A stretch of DNA of 64,000 bases from Cyanophora paradoxa CCMP329 (lineage: Eukaryota; Plantae; Glaucophyta): NCBI GenBank assembly GCA_004431415.1, contig QPMI01000599.1, positions 220,859-284,858 of the forward strand. Reading direction: 5' to 3'. Below the pieces are notes generated by a model. That model saw nothing but the letters and a program-made list of their open reading frames with translations, made no database searches and was not told where the DNA came from. Of this stretch, positions 12,236 to 23,500 are shown piece by piece. The first letter of the stretch is position 1; each line of letters begins with the position of its first letter. A program made the translations under genes and the position numbers.

Positions 12236-14443
12236 CCGTGTAACACTTAAGTAATGCGCGCACTTAAGTAATGCGGTACCAAATTAATGCGTTTTTCGCT
12301 GGCAAAACGCATTAATTTGGGACCGCATTAATATCGAAACGCTAAGAAACTGCTGTACATGTATGTCCCCCCCTACTGCAGCCAAAAAGCTTCAAAACGC
12401 ATTAATTCGGTGCCGCATTATTATCAACAAGATCCGTGCTCCTGCGGAGCACTAAGTACGGCGAAGCCTCGCGGACGCCCTCGCCGCTGTTACAGTAGGC
12501 CTATATATATAGGGCACTCAGCGACTGGCCAGCGGCCTGGCCGATCGCGAACAGCTTTCTGCAGCTGGCTGGAAGCTGGCTGGCTGACGGCCAGTCCAGC
12601 TAGCGCTGGCCGGCTAGAGGAATATTAATTTACTGAGGAACTAAAGGGTGGAGCAGATTGAGAAGAGATTAATTATAATATTGTTGGGAAGGAGGCCCGG
12701 GAGGGGCGAGGTTCTCGCGGCCAGGCGCATGCACAGAGCTTGCGAATCGCTTAAACAGAATCTCGCGATCGAATGTATATAGCATCGATGTGCGGGGCTG
12801 CGGAGGCGAGGGCGCGCGGAAAGACGTGCAGGTCCATGCAGGATCGAATTTTCGGGGTCGGCTGGATTCTCGCGCCCTGTCGCGTCCTCGGAGCTCGCGA
12901 AAAGCTTAACAAAGATCTCAAATTACTATTGTAGCGATGCGCACGCGCGAGGATGCGAGGGCGCGCGGAAAGCTGTGCAGGTCCGTATACGTACAGGATC
13001 GAATTTTCGGGGTCGGCTGGGTCCTCGCGGCCCGGCGCATACGCAAAGCGTGCGGAAGTCTTTGCCTACATCTCAAATGCTTATGCTATTGTTCCGCGCA
13101 TGCGCCGCGGCGTGGGCGCGCGGAAAGATGTCCGGGTCCGTGCAGGATCGAATTTTTGCCGTCGGCTGGGTTCTCGTGCTCTTTCGCGTCTTCGAAGCTT
13201 GTGGAAGGCTTTGATAAAATCTCAAATGAATATTGTAGCGATGCGCATGCGCGAGAATGCGAGGGCGTGCGGAAAGATGTTCAGGTCCGTACAGGATCGA
13301 ATTTTCGGGTCGGCTGGGTCCTCGCGGCCTGGTGCATTTAGAGACCGTGCGGAAGTCTTCTTCTACATCTAAAATGCATATGCTATCGTTCCGCGCATGC
13401 GCCGCGGCGTGGGCGCGCGGAAAGATCTCCGGGCCTGTCTAGGATCGAATTCTTGCCGTCGGGTATGTCCAGGATCGAATTTTTGCGTCGGCTGGGTTCT
13501 CGTGCCCTGTCGCGCCTGCAGAGCTTGCGAAAAGCTTTAAAAAGGAGTCAACTGAAAATTGTAGCGATGCGCTCGCGTGAGGATGCGAGGGCGCGCGGAA
13601 AGTTGTGCAGGTCCGTCCAGGATCGAATTTCCGGGGTCGGCTGGGTCCTCGCGGCCCGGCGCATTTAGAGACCGTGCGGAAGGCTTCTTCTACATCTCAA
13701 ATGCTTATGCTATCGTTCCGCGCATGCGCCGCGGCGCGGGCGCGCGGAAAGATCTCCGGGCCTGTCTAGGATCGAATTTTTGCCGTCGGGTACCTTCCTG
13801 CGCTCTTCCGGCTCCGAAAAGCGGATTTCGGGGTGCGGAGGCGCTGCTATGTCTATGCGCGCCCGTACGCATCGATTGCGCGCGTCGCGGGACCGGCCGG
13901 AACCGGCCGGATCAAATTTTCGGCCGACTCTTCGCACTGGAGCGTCGACGGCGCGCGAAATCGGGTTTGCGGCGATGCGCTCGCCCTCGCGCGTCATTCT
14001 GTATCGTTCTGGGGCGTTCCTGGCGCGATTTTGTCGCGGGACCGGGCGGACCGGGTCCCACCTTCTGACTCGGACTGGATTTGTCGGAGGTTAAGAACCG
14101 GAATTGATCCAGAGGAATATTCGATATTCGCGCGACGCCCACGGGAGAGCGGTCGTCTTAGGGGAGCCAGGACGCTAAAATTGGCTCTAGAGAGGTCTGT
14201 GGGGGTTCGGGTGGCTGTGTGACTAGCAGCAATCGCGTCTGTGTCGAGGCAAAATTAATAATTCTGCCTCGAGGGAGTGCGACACGGAAATTATTTAGCA
14301 GGGGGGATCTCGAGTGGAAAAAAAGGTTAAAAAAGGAATTTAGATCGTCGGTTTTTGGGTTTGAGAAAGAGGCTTCGCCTGATACTAGGGGTCCGGGTCC
14401 AAAAACGCATTAATTTCTGGCGCATTAATTAAGTGTTACACGG
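12236..14443. mobile_element. Non-autonomous TIR DNA transposon (Tc1/mariner/pogo-type, TA target), ~2.2 kb
   Basis: Left end TA|CCGTGTAACACTTAAGTAATGCG and right end CGCATTAATTAAGTGTTACACGG|TA are inverted repeats with one mismatch. Subterminal AATTAATGCG/CGCATTAATT repeats are present. The paralogous locus near 25549-25600 is the empty site. No transposase ORF recognised. Confidence 0.88.
12710..13800. repeat. ~149-bp tandem array (about 7 monomers, alternating A/B types) inside the TIR element
   Basis: The anchor GGATCGAATT starts at 12841, 12996, 13145, 13294, 13442, 13472, 13620 and 13769, giving spacings of 155, 149, 149, 148, 30, 148 and 149. Confidence 0.93.
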
Positions 14444-16429
14444 TAGATCATCGGATGCGCGATCGGTGCCAGTTTTCAGTGTGCGATCGGCGAATTCGAA
14501 GCGCGCACGCGCACCCAGCGGTCCCAGCCGCGGCTGGCCATGAGAGAGACCTCGACCCGCTGCCTCACTCTCCAGTTCCACGCGCATGCGCAACAGCTGC
14601 AAATGCAGATCTAGACCCGGCCCCACGTGCACGTGCACCGGCACTAGCTCTGCACTGCCAGCTGCAGGCTGCGGCAGATTCTGCCCCGCGCGCGCGCGGT
14701 GCACGTGCGCATGCGCGACCGGCCCCCGAGATCTAGAGCTCATCCGAAACTCGATCAAGCCGAGCGCGGCCGCGGCGCGCGCATGCGCACGTGCACCCGG
14801 GCCGGCACCAGGAGCTCCGGGGATCCGGCTGGCGCTCGGCTACCGCCGAATATTAATGCGCCGACCTCGGCATATGCATTGTGACGGACGAGGCCTAGCT
14901 ATAGGCCTAGGGGGAGGAGAGCCCGCTCGCCTCGCCCCATGGCCACAGCACCCAAAGCCCGGGCCCGGCCCCGGCCGGGCCGGCCCCCCGGCCCCGGCTG
15001 CGCGCGCCGCCTGCTCACAAGAAGTTGCATGCGCAGCATGCAACAGTCCGACGCCGGACGCCGCCGGACGCCGCCGAAGCTTTTAAGTCGCCGGCGCGGC
15101 CGGACCGTTGGCCATGGTCTCAAGAATATATCGGTGACGCGAGTCCGTCATGGCGTCACCGTGGCCCGTCATGGACGTCCGACCAGGCGCCGGCTAGCGC
15201 TCACCTGAGTTTCAAAGTTTGAACCGGTGGAAGCCTGGGACGGCGCGCCGCGCGCGCCGGCGCTGCCCGCTGCAGGATCACATGAAGCACATGTACAGCC
15301 GGAGCTGGGAGCCTTGCAATTGGACCCGCGGCACTGGCACCGCGGCTTGAAAGTACTAGTGCGAGCAGCGACAATAAGCGCCGCTGGATTTCAAGACAAT
15401 GGCCACGCGATACTTCCTCTTCCGGCCAGCGAAGCGAAAGAGGCTGGAGGCGTTGGATACATAGCCTAGTAGGATGCACACGCATCAGCAATTGCAAATT
15501 AAAGATTCATCGGCGCGAATTCAAAATTTTTAAAGCGCACCCAGCCGGGGGAGACCTCGGCACGCCTTCTCAGCTTCAACTGGCCCCACGTGCACCAGCT
15601 AAACTTGAAATATTAATGAGCTCGGGGCACCCGCGGCCGCTTCGCTGGCCGCAGCCTCGTCCAAACCACGTGCACCTTCTGCCGCCGCCGCCGCCCACGT
15701 GCACCGAAACTAATCGACGAATATATATTGCAATGTATGTATCCTAATCCGGCGCTCGGCGGCACAAGCGGACGGGCGCTACGTGTGCAGTCACATCGCT
15801 ACGTATGCAGGCTAGAGGCCGGCGGCGAGCAGGCTGCGCTTGATGGCCTCCCGCCGCGCGATGAGCTCGTCCAGCGTATCCTCCACCGAGCGCCCGCTCA
15901 GAGGCGCCGGCCCCGCCCCCGCCCCCGCCACGGCCGGCGGCGGCGGCGGCGCCGGCGGCGCGGCCAGCGGGGCGTGGGAAATATTAATGAGCTCGGGGCA
16001 CCCGCTTCGCTGGCCGCAGCCGCGTCCAAACCACCTTCTGCATCCGCCGCCCATGCGCATGCCACCGAAACTCATGATCAACTTGGCAAGCTTATAAAAT
16101 TATCGACGAATATTGCAATGTGTGTAATATTAATTGCAAAGGCCGCGCGCGGCGCCGCGGGTGCTTGGGGCGGCAGGCCTAGGCATGCGCAGGCCCTGAG
16201 GACGCCGCAGGCCTAGGTCACCCGCGGCCGGTTGCTCGCGGCGGCGGGCGCCGGCGTCGACGCCGGGCGCCGGCGGCCGGCGACGTCGTCGCCGATCGCC
16301 AGTCGCGTCGCGACGTCGGACGTCGCGCGGCGCGGCCCGCCGCGGCCCGCGTGGGACGTCGACTCTGAGCTCGCGATCGAGAGGCGGGCCGAATCCGGCC
16401 GCGGACTCCGGAGACTCGGGGAGAGCAGC

Positions 16430-16500
16430 TGATCATGATTCATGATCGCATGATCCGATGATCATGATCATGATCATGATTCATGATCTCATGATCATGA
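16430..16500. repeat. Palindromic microsatellite (TCATGA)n
   Basis: Imperfect GATCATGATCATGATCATGAT... run directly visible. Confidence 0.9.
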
Positions 16501-16799
16501 GCGGCGGCCGGCGGCCGCGGTAGCCAGAGCGGCTGAGAGCGCGCGCTAGCGCGCCGGCGCCGATCTGGCCTGGGGGGGGAGGCCCGGGAGGGGGGTTAAC
16601 GTTGCTCGATACCGCCAGCTCGAAAGCTGCCCGGAGAACCTCCTTGTAGGCTCTAGGAGGCGGAATTTTGCCAGGTCTTTAATTCTAATTGCCGTGAATT
16701 GCCGATCGAAACGCCGAATTTAATATTAACAACTCTGCAATATGTTGCTGGGGTATATATATACGTAGAATTTTCCTTCTAGCTATAGTCCTCCATATT

Positions 16800-16925
16800 T
16801 CACGCCTTCGAATCCCGCCCGTTCCACATAATTCCGATCGATCATGCCCCACCTTGCCTGTATACGCCCCCACAGTGCTGGAGTAGACTAGAGGCTGTGG
16901 CCGGTAATTCACCAAAAAAAAAAAA
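16800..16925 (+). mobile_element. 5'-truncated copy of the SINE at 55872, with poly(A) tail
   Basis: TCACGCCTTCGAATCCCGCCC...GGCCGGTAATTCA matches 55949-56060 with no difference I could find, and is followed by CC plus an A-run. Confidence 0.85.
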
Positions 16926-17533
16926 TTTAAAAAAATGTTAAAAAATTTGCTTTTTTTTTTAAAGATCTACGGTGGGCGTGCCCACTCGTAGTACACAACG
17001 AGGATACAAGTCACGGTATCGGGAATCACAAGGATTCGAAGTACAACGTAGCGGAAACAGCAGGAACCGAACTTGCTTTCGAATTCGGCAATTTATCGAT
17101 ATCGATACTAGGATATCGATATATATCGACTCCGAGCGGAGGCTCGGTCAGCCTCGGTGTCGACGACGACGGTGTGGCGCGGACTCCGGGTCCGGTGAGT
17201 CCGGGACTCCGGGGATCCGGGAGCTCGAGAACGTCGAACTTGACTCAGTGAGCTTGAGAAGCTCGAGCTGCCCGGCGGCCGAGCACAGCGGCTGTGGCCG
17301 CCGGGCTAGCGCTGCGGCCGCAGTGCGGCGTGGCAGCGGCGTGGCTCTTGTTCCTGCTCGGCGCGCCCGCGCGACGAGCAGCAGCAGCAGCAGCAGGCCT
17401 GAGGCAGCCAGCAGCAGCACACGCTCCGCCGGGCCGGGCGCGTTCAGCCGCTAGCGCTCCCAGGCCGCAGCTTGGTGGCGCTCTCCGTCGACGTCTGTCT
17501 GCAGCTAAGCCGCTGCTTCAGCGGTCGCGGACA

Positions 17534-20500
17534 ATGTATACGTATACGCCTCGCCCATGCGCCCGGCTGCGGTTAGCCGCTACCTTCAGTGCGCTGTTCG
17601 CCCTGGCATTGCTTGCTCTGCTGCCGGGCATCGACGCCAGTCACGGGCCGACTGGCCGGCCGGACCTGCCCGCCGGAGCGGAGACCGCCAAGGGCCTGTG
17701 GGCCACCGTGCAGGTGACCCGCTCCTCGTTAGCTATAGCTATGGCCGCGCGCTTCCGAGTCGGAGCTATCGCCTTCGATTCGACTGGCCCAGTGGCATGG
17801 AGGACATACATATATATCCAATTGCAAGCGGAGCCGTACTCGGCGTGCGCCGCGGTGCTTATATATGCGCAGCTAACTCGGCCGCGACCGCAGCGCGTGT
17901 ATGCGGCCTCGACTGCGTCCACGTCGCAGTTCGTCTTCGGCCGGAGGAGCACCCTGTGGCTGGTCGTCGAGTTTAATAACCCGCCCGGCATCACTGAGAC
18001 CATGTTCTCCTGCCTGACTTCCGGCTATCACTCCTGCGCCATCGACGAGAGTGCGATCTCTGAACCGCTTTAATTTCGAGCTAGGCCGCGGCTTACCGCG
18101 CGCGCCGTCACATGTGCAGTCTCCATGCTGGCCCAACCCACCTGCAACCCGTATCTAATCTTGTCGAATGAGGGACGCAACGCTTCCATCCGCGTGCCTC
18201 ACGTGCCACGGTGACCGCGCTGCAGTTGGTCTTAAGGATGGCTGACCCCCTGACTGGTCCCCATGGCCGAAAGGCACCTCACGCCATTCGCCACCGCGGG
18301 AGGGACCGCCTCGGTGCAGTCGCGCCTCTACTTCCGCCACCTGGTCTCGGACGAGGACCCCGTCCTGGAGCGCCTTCGGGTCCCGTTCCTGTGCGCTCTC
18401 TGCATATCTAAACATACATGGATTCAGTTCTTGAATTTTTAATATCGAGGATAAAAAAAACCGCGCCGACGTCCGCTGCGGTTCGCTCCACCGAAACGCC
18501 GACGTCGCGCACAGGAACCTCGCCGGCTGCGACTATCTTAGCTCCAACAAGCAGGAGGTGCGCTGGCTCGCTCAGCTCGCATCTTCAGCTTGCTTCCAGG
18601 CTTCGCTCACAGCCCCGCGCGTCTCGGCAGCTGCAGTACGTCGCGATCGACAACACGACTCTCACGACGAAAGGGGTCTTCTGGGTGGAGACCGACCCGT
18701 CGAACCCGTTCAACAGGGACACCATGATCGACGCGGTGCTCCTCCCTTCGGCGCAGGCCTTCGATTCGAGCCCACTCCGCTCACACACGAAAATTCCAGA
18801 GGATCGAGATTGATCTGGACCCTAGGCTGGCCCCAGAGTCTCTGCAGCTGGTCCGCTTGGCTGACTATAACGTCATACCCCCCGCGAGTTTCCTGATGTT
18901 TCGGCAGATCGGACCGTCGCCGGGCTCGACCGTCTCTGTAAATGACTTCCTCCTGATCGCAGTCGTCTTCAACGGGGTCCTCGTGCGCCCCAACACGGCG
19001 ACGCCGGTCTTCCGCGACTGCGCTCAAGTCCTAGCCCCTGACGCTCGCACCGCAGGACGAGCCTCTCCCTGCGAACTGCACCGTATCGCTCAACCTGTGC
19101 ATGCTTTTACCTGCTCGCTTCTACATTCCTGACTGAGCTGCCGCCCCCGCAGCAACTTCAAGACCATTACCGTCGAGGAGAAGCTGCCGCGAGCGGACGT
19201 GGACGCGCTGGTGGGGCTCTCGGCGGCCATCGGCGGCGCGGGCCTCAGCACCTCCACCGACCAGATGCTCGTCTATCGCCACCAGTGCGCGCGGCTCCCC
19301 TGAGCGTCTGCGTCTGTGTCGCGGGCTCGAGCGCCCGCGGCCGCCGCAGGATCGAGAAGGAGGAGAACGCAAACGCGATCGCGGTGCGGAGTCCCACGTC
19401 GCAGGCCCTCGTCGTCTCTGCCGAGTGCTCCTCCACGTGCGCCCCGCGCCCGAGTTCAAGTTCATGCACTTCTGTGACGCAGTCTGACTCGCGACGATCG
19501 CCAGGGGGATGCGCTTCGCGTCTGTGACGGGAAGCGGCACCAGCAGTTTCTTGAGCTTGTCAGGCGCGCAAAGCTTTTTTGGAGGGCGCCGCTATAGTAC
19601 TGAACGCGGCGAAATTTCGTTTCGCAGCGCCCGGCTTCGTTTTCTCGCCGTGCAAGAAATCCTCGACCTCTCCCACGGGTTGCGAGGCCGGAGTGACCTC
19701 GGTCGCCCTCGACACGCAGCGTCCGTGACCCCGGCCCCTCATCCTCGTGCACGTGCAAGTGAGTAACCTCATGCGCAGCCCCGCGGATGGTTGCCTTCGG
19801 CACCCGCAAGGCCAAGAACTCCGTTTTCTTCAGCGGCGATGCGATCGACATCTGTCCGCGCCGCACCCTTATACATGTACAATTACCCTCGCGAAGCTGT
19901 CGCTGACCGAGCTCCCTCGCCTTGCAGCGGTCGTCTTCTCCAAGCCCGTGATCTACGTCACGAGCGCCGACAACGGGAATCCTTTCGGTTCGCGCGCACG
20001 CCAATGCAAACGTTGAAGTTTTGATCTGAGAGAGGCCGCGCAGCCGTGGGTCGCCCCTACCTGGACCTCAACTCGGGCGGCGAGGCCGCCTTCGTCGGCT
20101 ACTTCCCCAACGATAACACGACGCTGCTGTTCCGCTACCAAGTTGGGGTGCCCGGCCGCGGCCCGGTCTGCTCGCGTCGCGAACGACCTAACCGTCGGAC
20201 GCTCGCGCAGTCTGGACAGTCCACCAATCAGAAGCCGCTCGAAGTCACCCAGTTCGTCGCGAACGGGGCCGTCATCACTTCCCCCAACGGCTTGGACAGT
20301 GCGTTAACGTTTTACGAGAGCCGAACTCGAAATTCTCCGTCGGCTAATCCCGTTCTCGCAGTCGTCGCGAACGACGAGGCTCTGAAGGCGGTTTTACATG
20401 CCAGGAGCGGTTTGACGGCGGCTGGCCTCATCATCCAGCGTTCCAGCTCCCCGAGAAAGGTGCGGACTCGTTGTCGAATTTTGTATTGGCCCAGTACGCA

Positions 20501-23500
20501 GCGGTTTGCGAGCGGATGTACGCAGCTTGAGGTTTTCGGGGCTGTCGGCAAGGGGCAGGACGTTTACTCGCTCAACGCAATCATTTACATCATTCTTTCC
20601 TTCGATGACGTGGTGAGCGCGCGCACGATTTGGTGACTTTCGCGGCGGTGCACTTCTAAATAATCCCTGCAGGTCTTCCCACCGACCGCAAGCCCCGCTG
20701 CCCTGACCGCCTGCCGGCCGACGCTACGAACGAACGTCGGCGTCTTCCAGTTCATTCCGCGCGACGAGTTCAACACGATCGTGCAGGCGCGCCACCCCAT
20801 CTTGTGCCTGCATTGCTGATGCTTCGAATTCCACTGACAATGCTTGCATTAATATTGCGCAGGGCAACGTGGCCAGCCAGAAGCAGATCGTGTTCCAGCG
20901 CACCGTTCAGGTGCTTACACAGCTTTTCCAGGAGCTTTTCGGGTGACCGCTAACGATCGCGATCTGCGCGCAGCGTGAAGACGGCCTGTACGACCGTATC
21001 GAGATCGAGAAGCCTTACAACAGCGCGGTCAACGCCACTGGCTGCAGCCTCGTTGAGAGTGAGCGTTGCCGCGCTCCGCGCCTTCCGTCGAGTTCGACTC
21101 GATGCGCGTGCAGCGGGCATGGTCATCCCGGTTCAGTTGCACAAGATTTCGGGCTTCTATCCGGCGGACAGCACGAGCAGCCCGTTCCAGGCGGCCGTAA
21201 AGGTGCGCGCAATGCAATGCAAGACTCGCTGCGCATGCGCGCTTGCGCCTCGAGCTCTCATAAATGTCTTCCAATCAGATCGATACTTTCCCAGCGTCGA
21301 TTATCGCTCTGTCCACGAAGGTGCCACGAATCTGGGGACGTCACCGTGGCGGGGGGACTGAGCCTCGCGCATCCTGCAGATCACGAACGTCACGATGGGC
21401 CTCGCCCCAGGACGGCTCGGCGTGCGCCACGGCTTCTCTAGATCGTCTAATGCGAGATCGCTAGCTGATTTCGCCGCCAGGAAATCGACATCCTCGTCAC
21501 ATTCTCAAAGCCCATCGAGTACCAGCTGATGGTCTGCTAGGATCAGCTGCAGACCCCGGCCATCAACGCCGCTTCTGAGAGAAAGCTCGCAGACCGACCC
21601 GATCACCTCTCTGGACGCGACCAAGTCGCGGGAGGTCCGCCTGTACGGCACGCCGCGCATCGCCCTCAACATCCCGGCCTACGCGTACCTGATGGGCTAC
21701 GCCAACCCGACCTCGAAGGTGCTCGCTCGACGGCGCGCCGCCGCCGTGCCGCGCCGCGGCTCATTTACGGCCTCAGACGACGCTGGTGTTCCGGTACTCG
21801 GTGCAGCTCGGCGAGGGCACGCCCGCCGGCAAGTTCCTCGACGTCCTCAGCGTCAACGGCTTCGACTCGTACGGCGGCGTCCTGCGCACCTCTGGCAACG
21901 CCCTCAACGTGCGCGGATGCAGGTTTGCTGTAAGAATTCGCTGACGGCGGCTCGCGTGCAGGTTCAACTGCTCCTGCCCCCGCCCGGGTCAGCGCACGGC
22001 CTCTCCAGCTCGCGGGTCACTGTGGAGAAAGTCGGGGCGCCGCCGATGCCGTTCGGATACGACCAGAGCCAGCCGCCGACGTCGGGGCCCGTCGCTCTCG
22101 TCGCGAACTCGACGGCGGGGAAGGGCACGCGGCACGTGCTCGCAGCCGTGCTGGAGCAGAAGAAGGAGCCACTGAAGATTGAGGTCATCGTTCAGATCAA
22201 CTCGGTCATCGACGTCTCGGTTCGAATTCGCGGGGCGACTCCGGGGTCCGTGCTGTACTATTAAGCGTTGATCGCTGTACGCAGACAAAGGACAGGAACA
22301 TGAAGGTCGATTTGACGCTGATGCAGGACTGGTCCGCCGCGACCGCTTTTGCGACCAGTTTGTAGACAACAAACTGCTGCTCTTTTTGCGACAGGGTGGA
22401 CTCGCGCTTCAACAACCCCCAACTGGCCGCCATGGCCGAGAACGAGACGAGCATCCTCAACACGATCTGGTGCGGCGCCACTTCGCTTGTCTGATCCAGT
22501 TAACGTTATCGCAACAATCTAACGACTTCCAGGTTCCCGAGACTGTCTTTTGTGAACACGCTTGTGCGCAAACTTTCGCGTACCATCCTGGTTCTTGCGT
22601 TCTGATCTCGAACATCGATATCAGGGCAAGCCCGATGCGTTCGACGGAAAGACCATCCGCTACAACGTGCGCAACTGCTCCGTGAAGCTGAACAATATAT
22701 GAGTTTATCTTTTGCGCAGAACGGCACTGTCAGGCTGTACCAGCGCTACATCCAGACGTTCTTCGGTGCGGCGTTTCGGCCGCGCAGCCAACCCCGGCAA
22801 TCCGCGCTCACGCGCGCGTGCCTCGCGCAGCGGACATCAACGTCAGGGACTTCCCGTTCGACCAGCAGGTGCGCAGCACTCTGCTAGCTGCTAGCTGTGA
22901 AACACGTCCTAACCACGGGGCACGCCGACCTGCAGACCCTGACGATTCAGGTTCGCGACACCAGCATGAGGCTTTCCACCTGTGAGCTGCAGCTGACTCG
23001 CGACCGCCCCGCAGCTGCGAAGCAACAGCTACGACGCGACGCAGCTGACGTTCACTCCGATCTCCGGAGCGAGGCTCCAGGAGCAGGAGGCGTTCATCCG
23101 CGCTCTTGGAGACCCCGCCTTCTACTTTGACAGCTACACGCAAGAGGTCACGAATACTGACCTCGGAATCCACGCCAACTACAATATCCTCACGACAAGC
23201 TGGAAGGCTCGGGTCCGTTTAATATTTAATGCAGCGCCGCGCGGCTGCAGCTGCGGCGTCTGGCTGAACCGCGCCGCGGCACGCAGCGCATCCGGACTTA
23301 CAATGTCGTCAACCTGCTCATTCCCCTCCTGCTCATTTGCCTCTCGGTTATCTTCACGTTCTTCCAGTGCGTCGTCGTGATCATGACTCGTCGAACTCGC
23401 TCGACCTTGGACGCCTGACCGCCGCCCGCCAGGCCCGTTGAGAGCGACAACCGCGTGGTCGCCTGCGAAACCGCGCTGCTCGGCACGCTGGCTTTCTCCT

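Larger units (their letters stand above)
12160..16120. repeat. Composite dispersed repeat, copy A (interrupted by the TIR element; carries fragments of the 35-kb gene)
   Basis: 14460-15050 aligns with 25565-26560. 15116-15972 aligns with 34371-35095 and, in part, with 26886-27405. A partial second sub-copy lies at ~15980-16125. Confidence 0.88.

Noticed and set aside
12710-13800. CRISPR-like array
   Set aside because: The intervening sequences are themselves homologous, there are no unique spacers or cas genes, and the DNA is eukaryotic.
16967-16992. Hairpin CTACGGTGGGCGTGCCCACTCGTAG as a Helitron 3' end
   Set aside because: There is no properly spaced CTRR terminus and no second copy at the end of repeat B.
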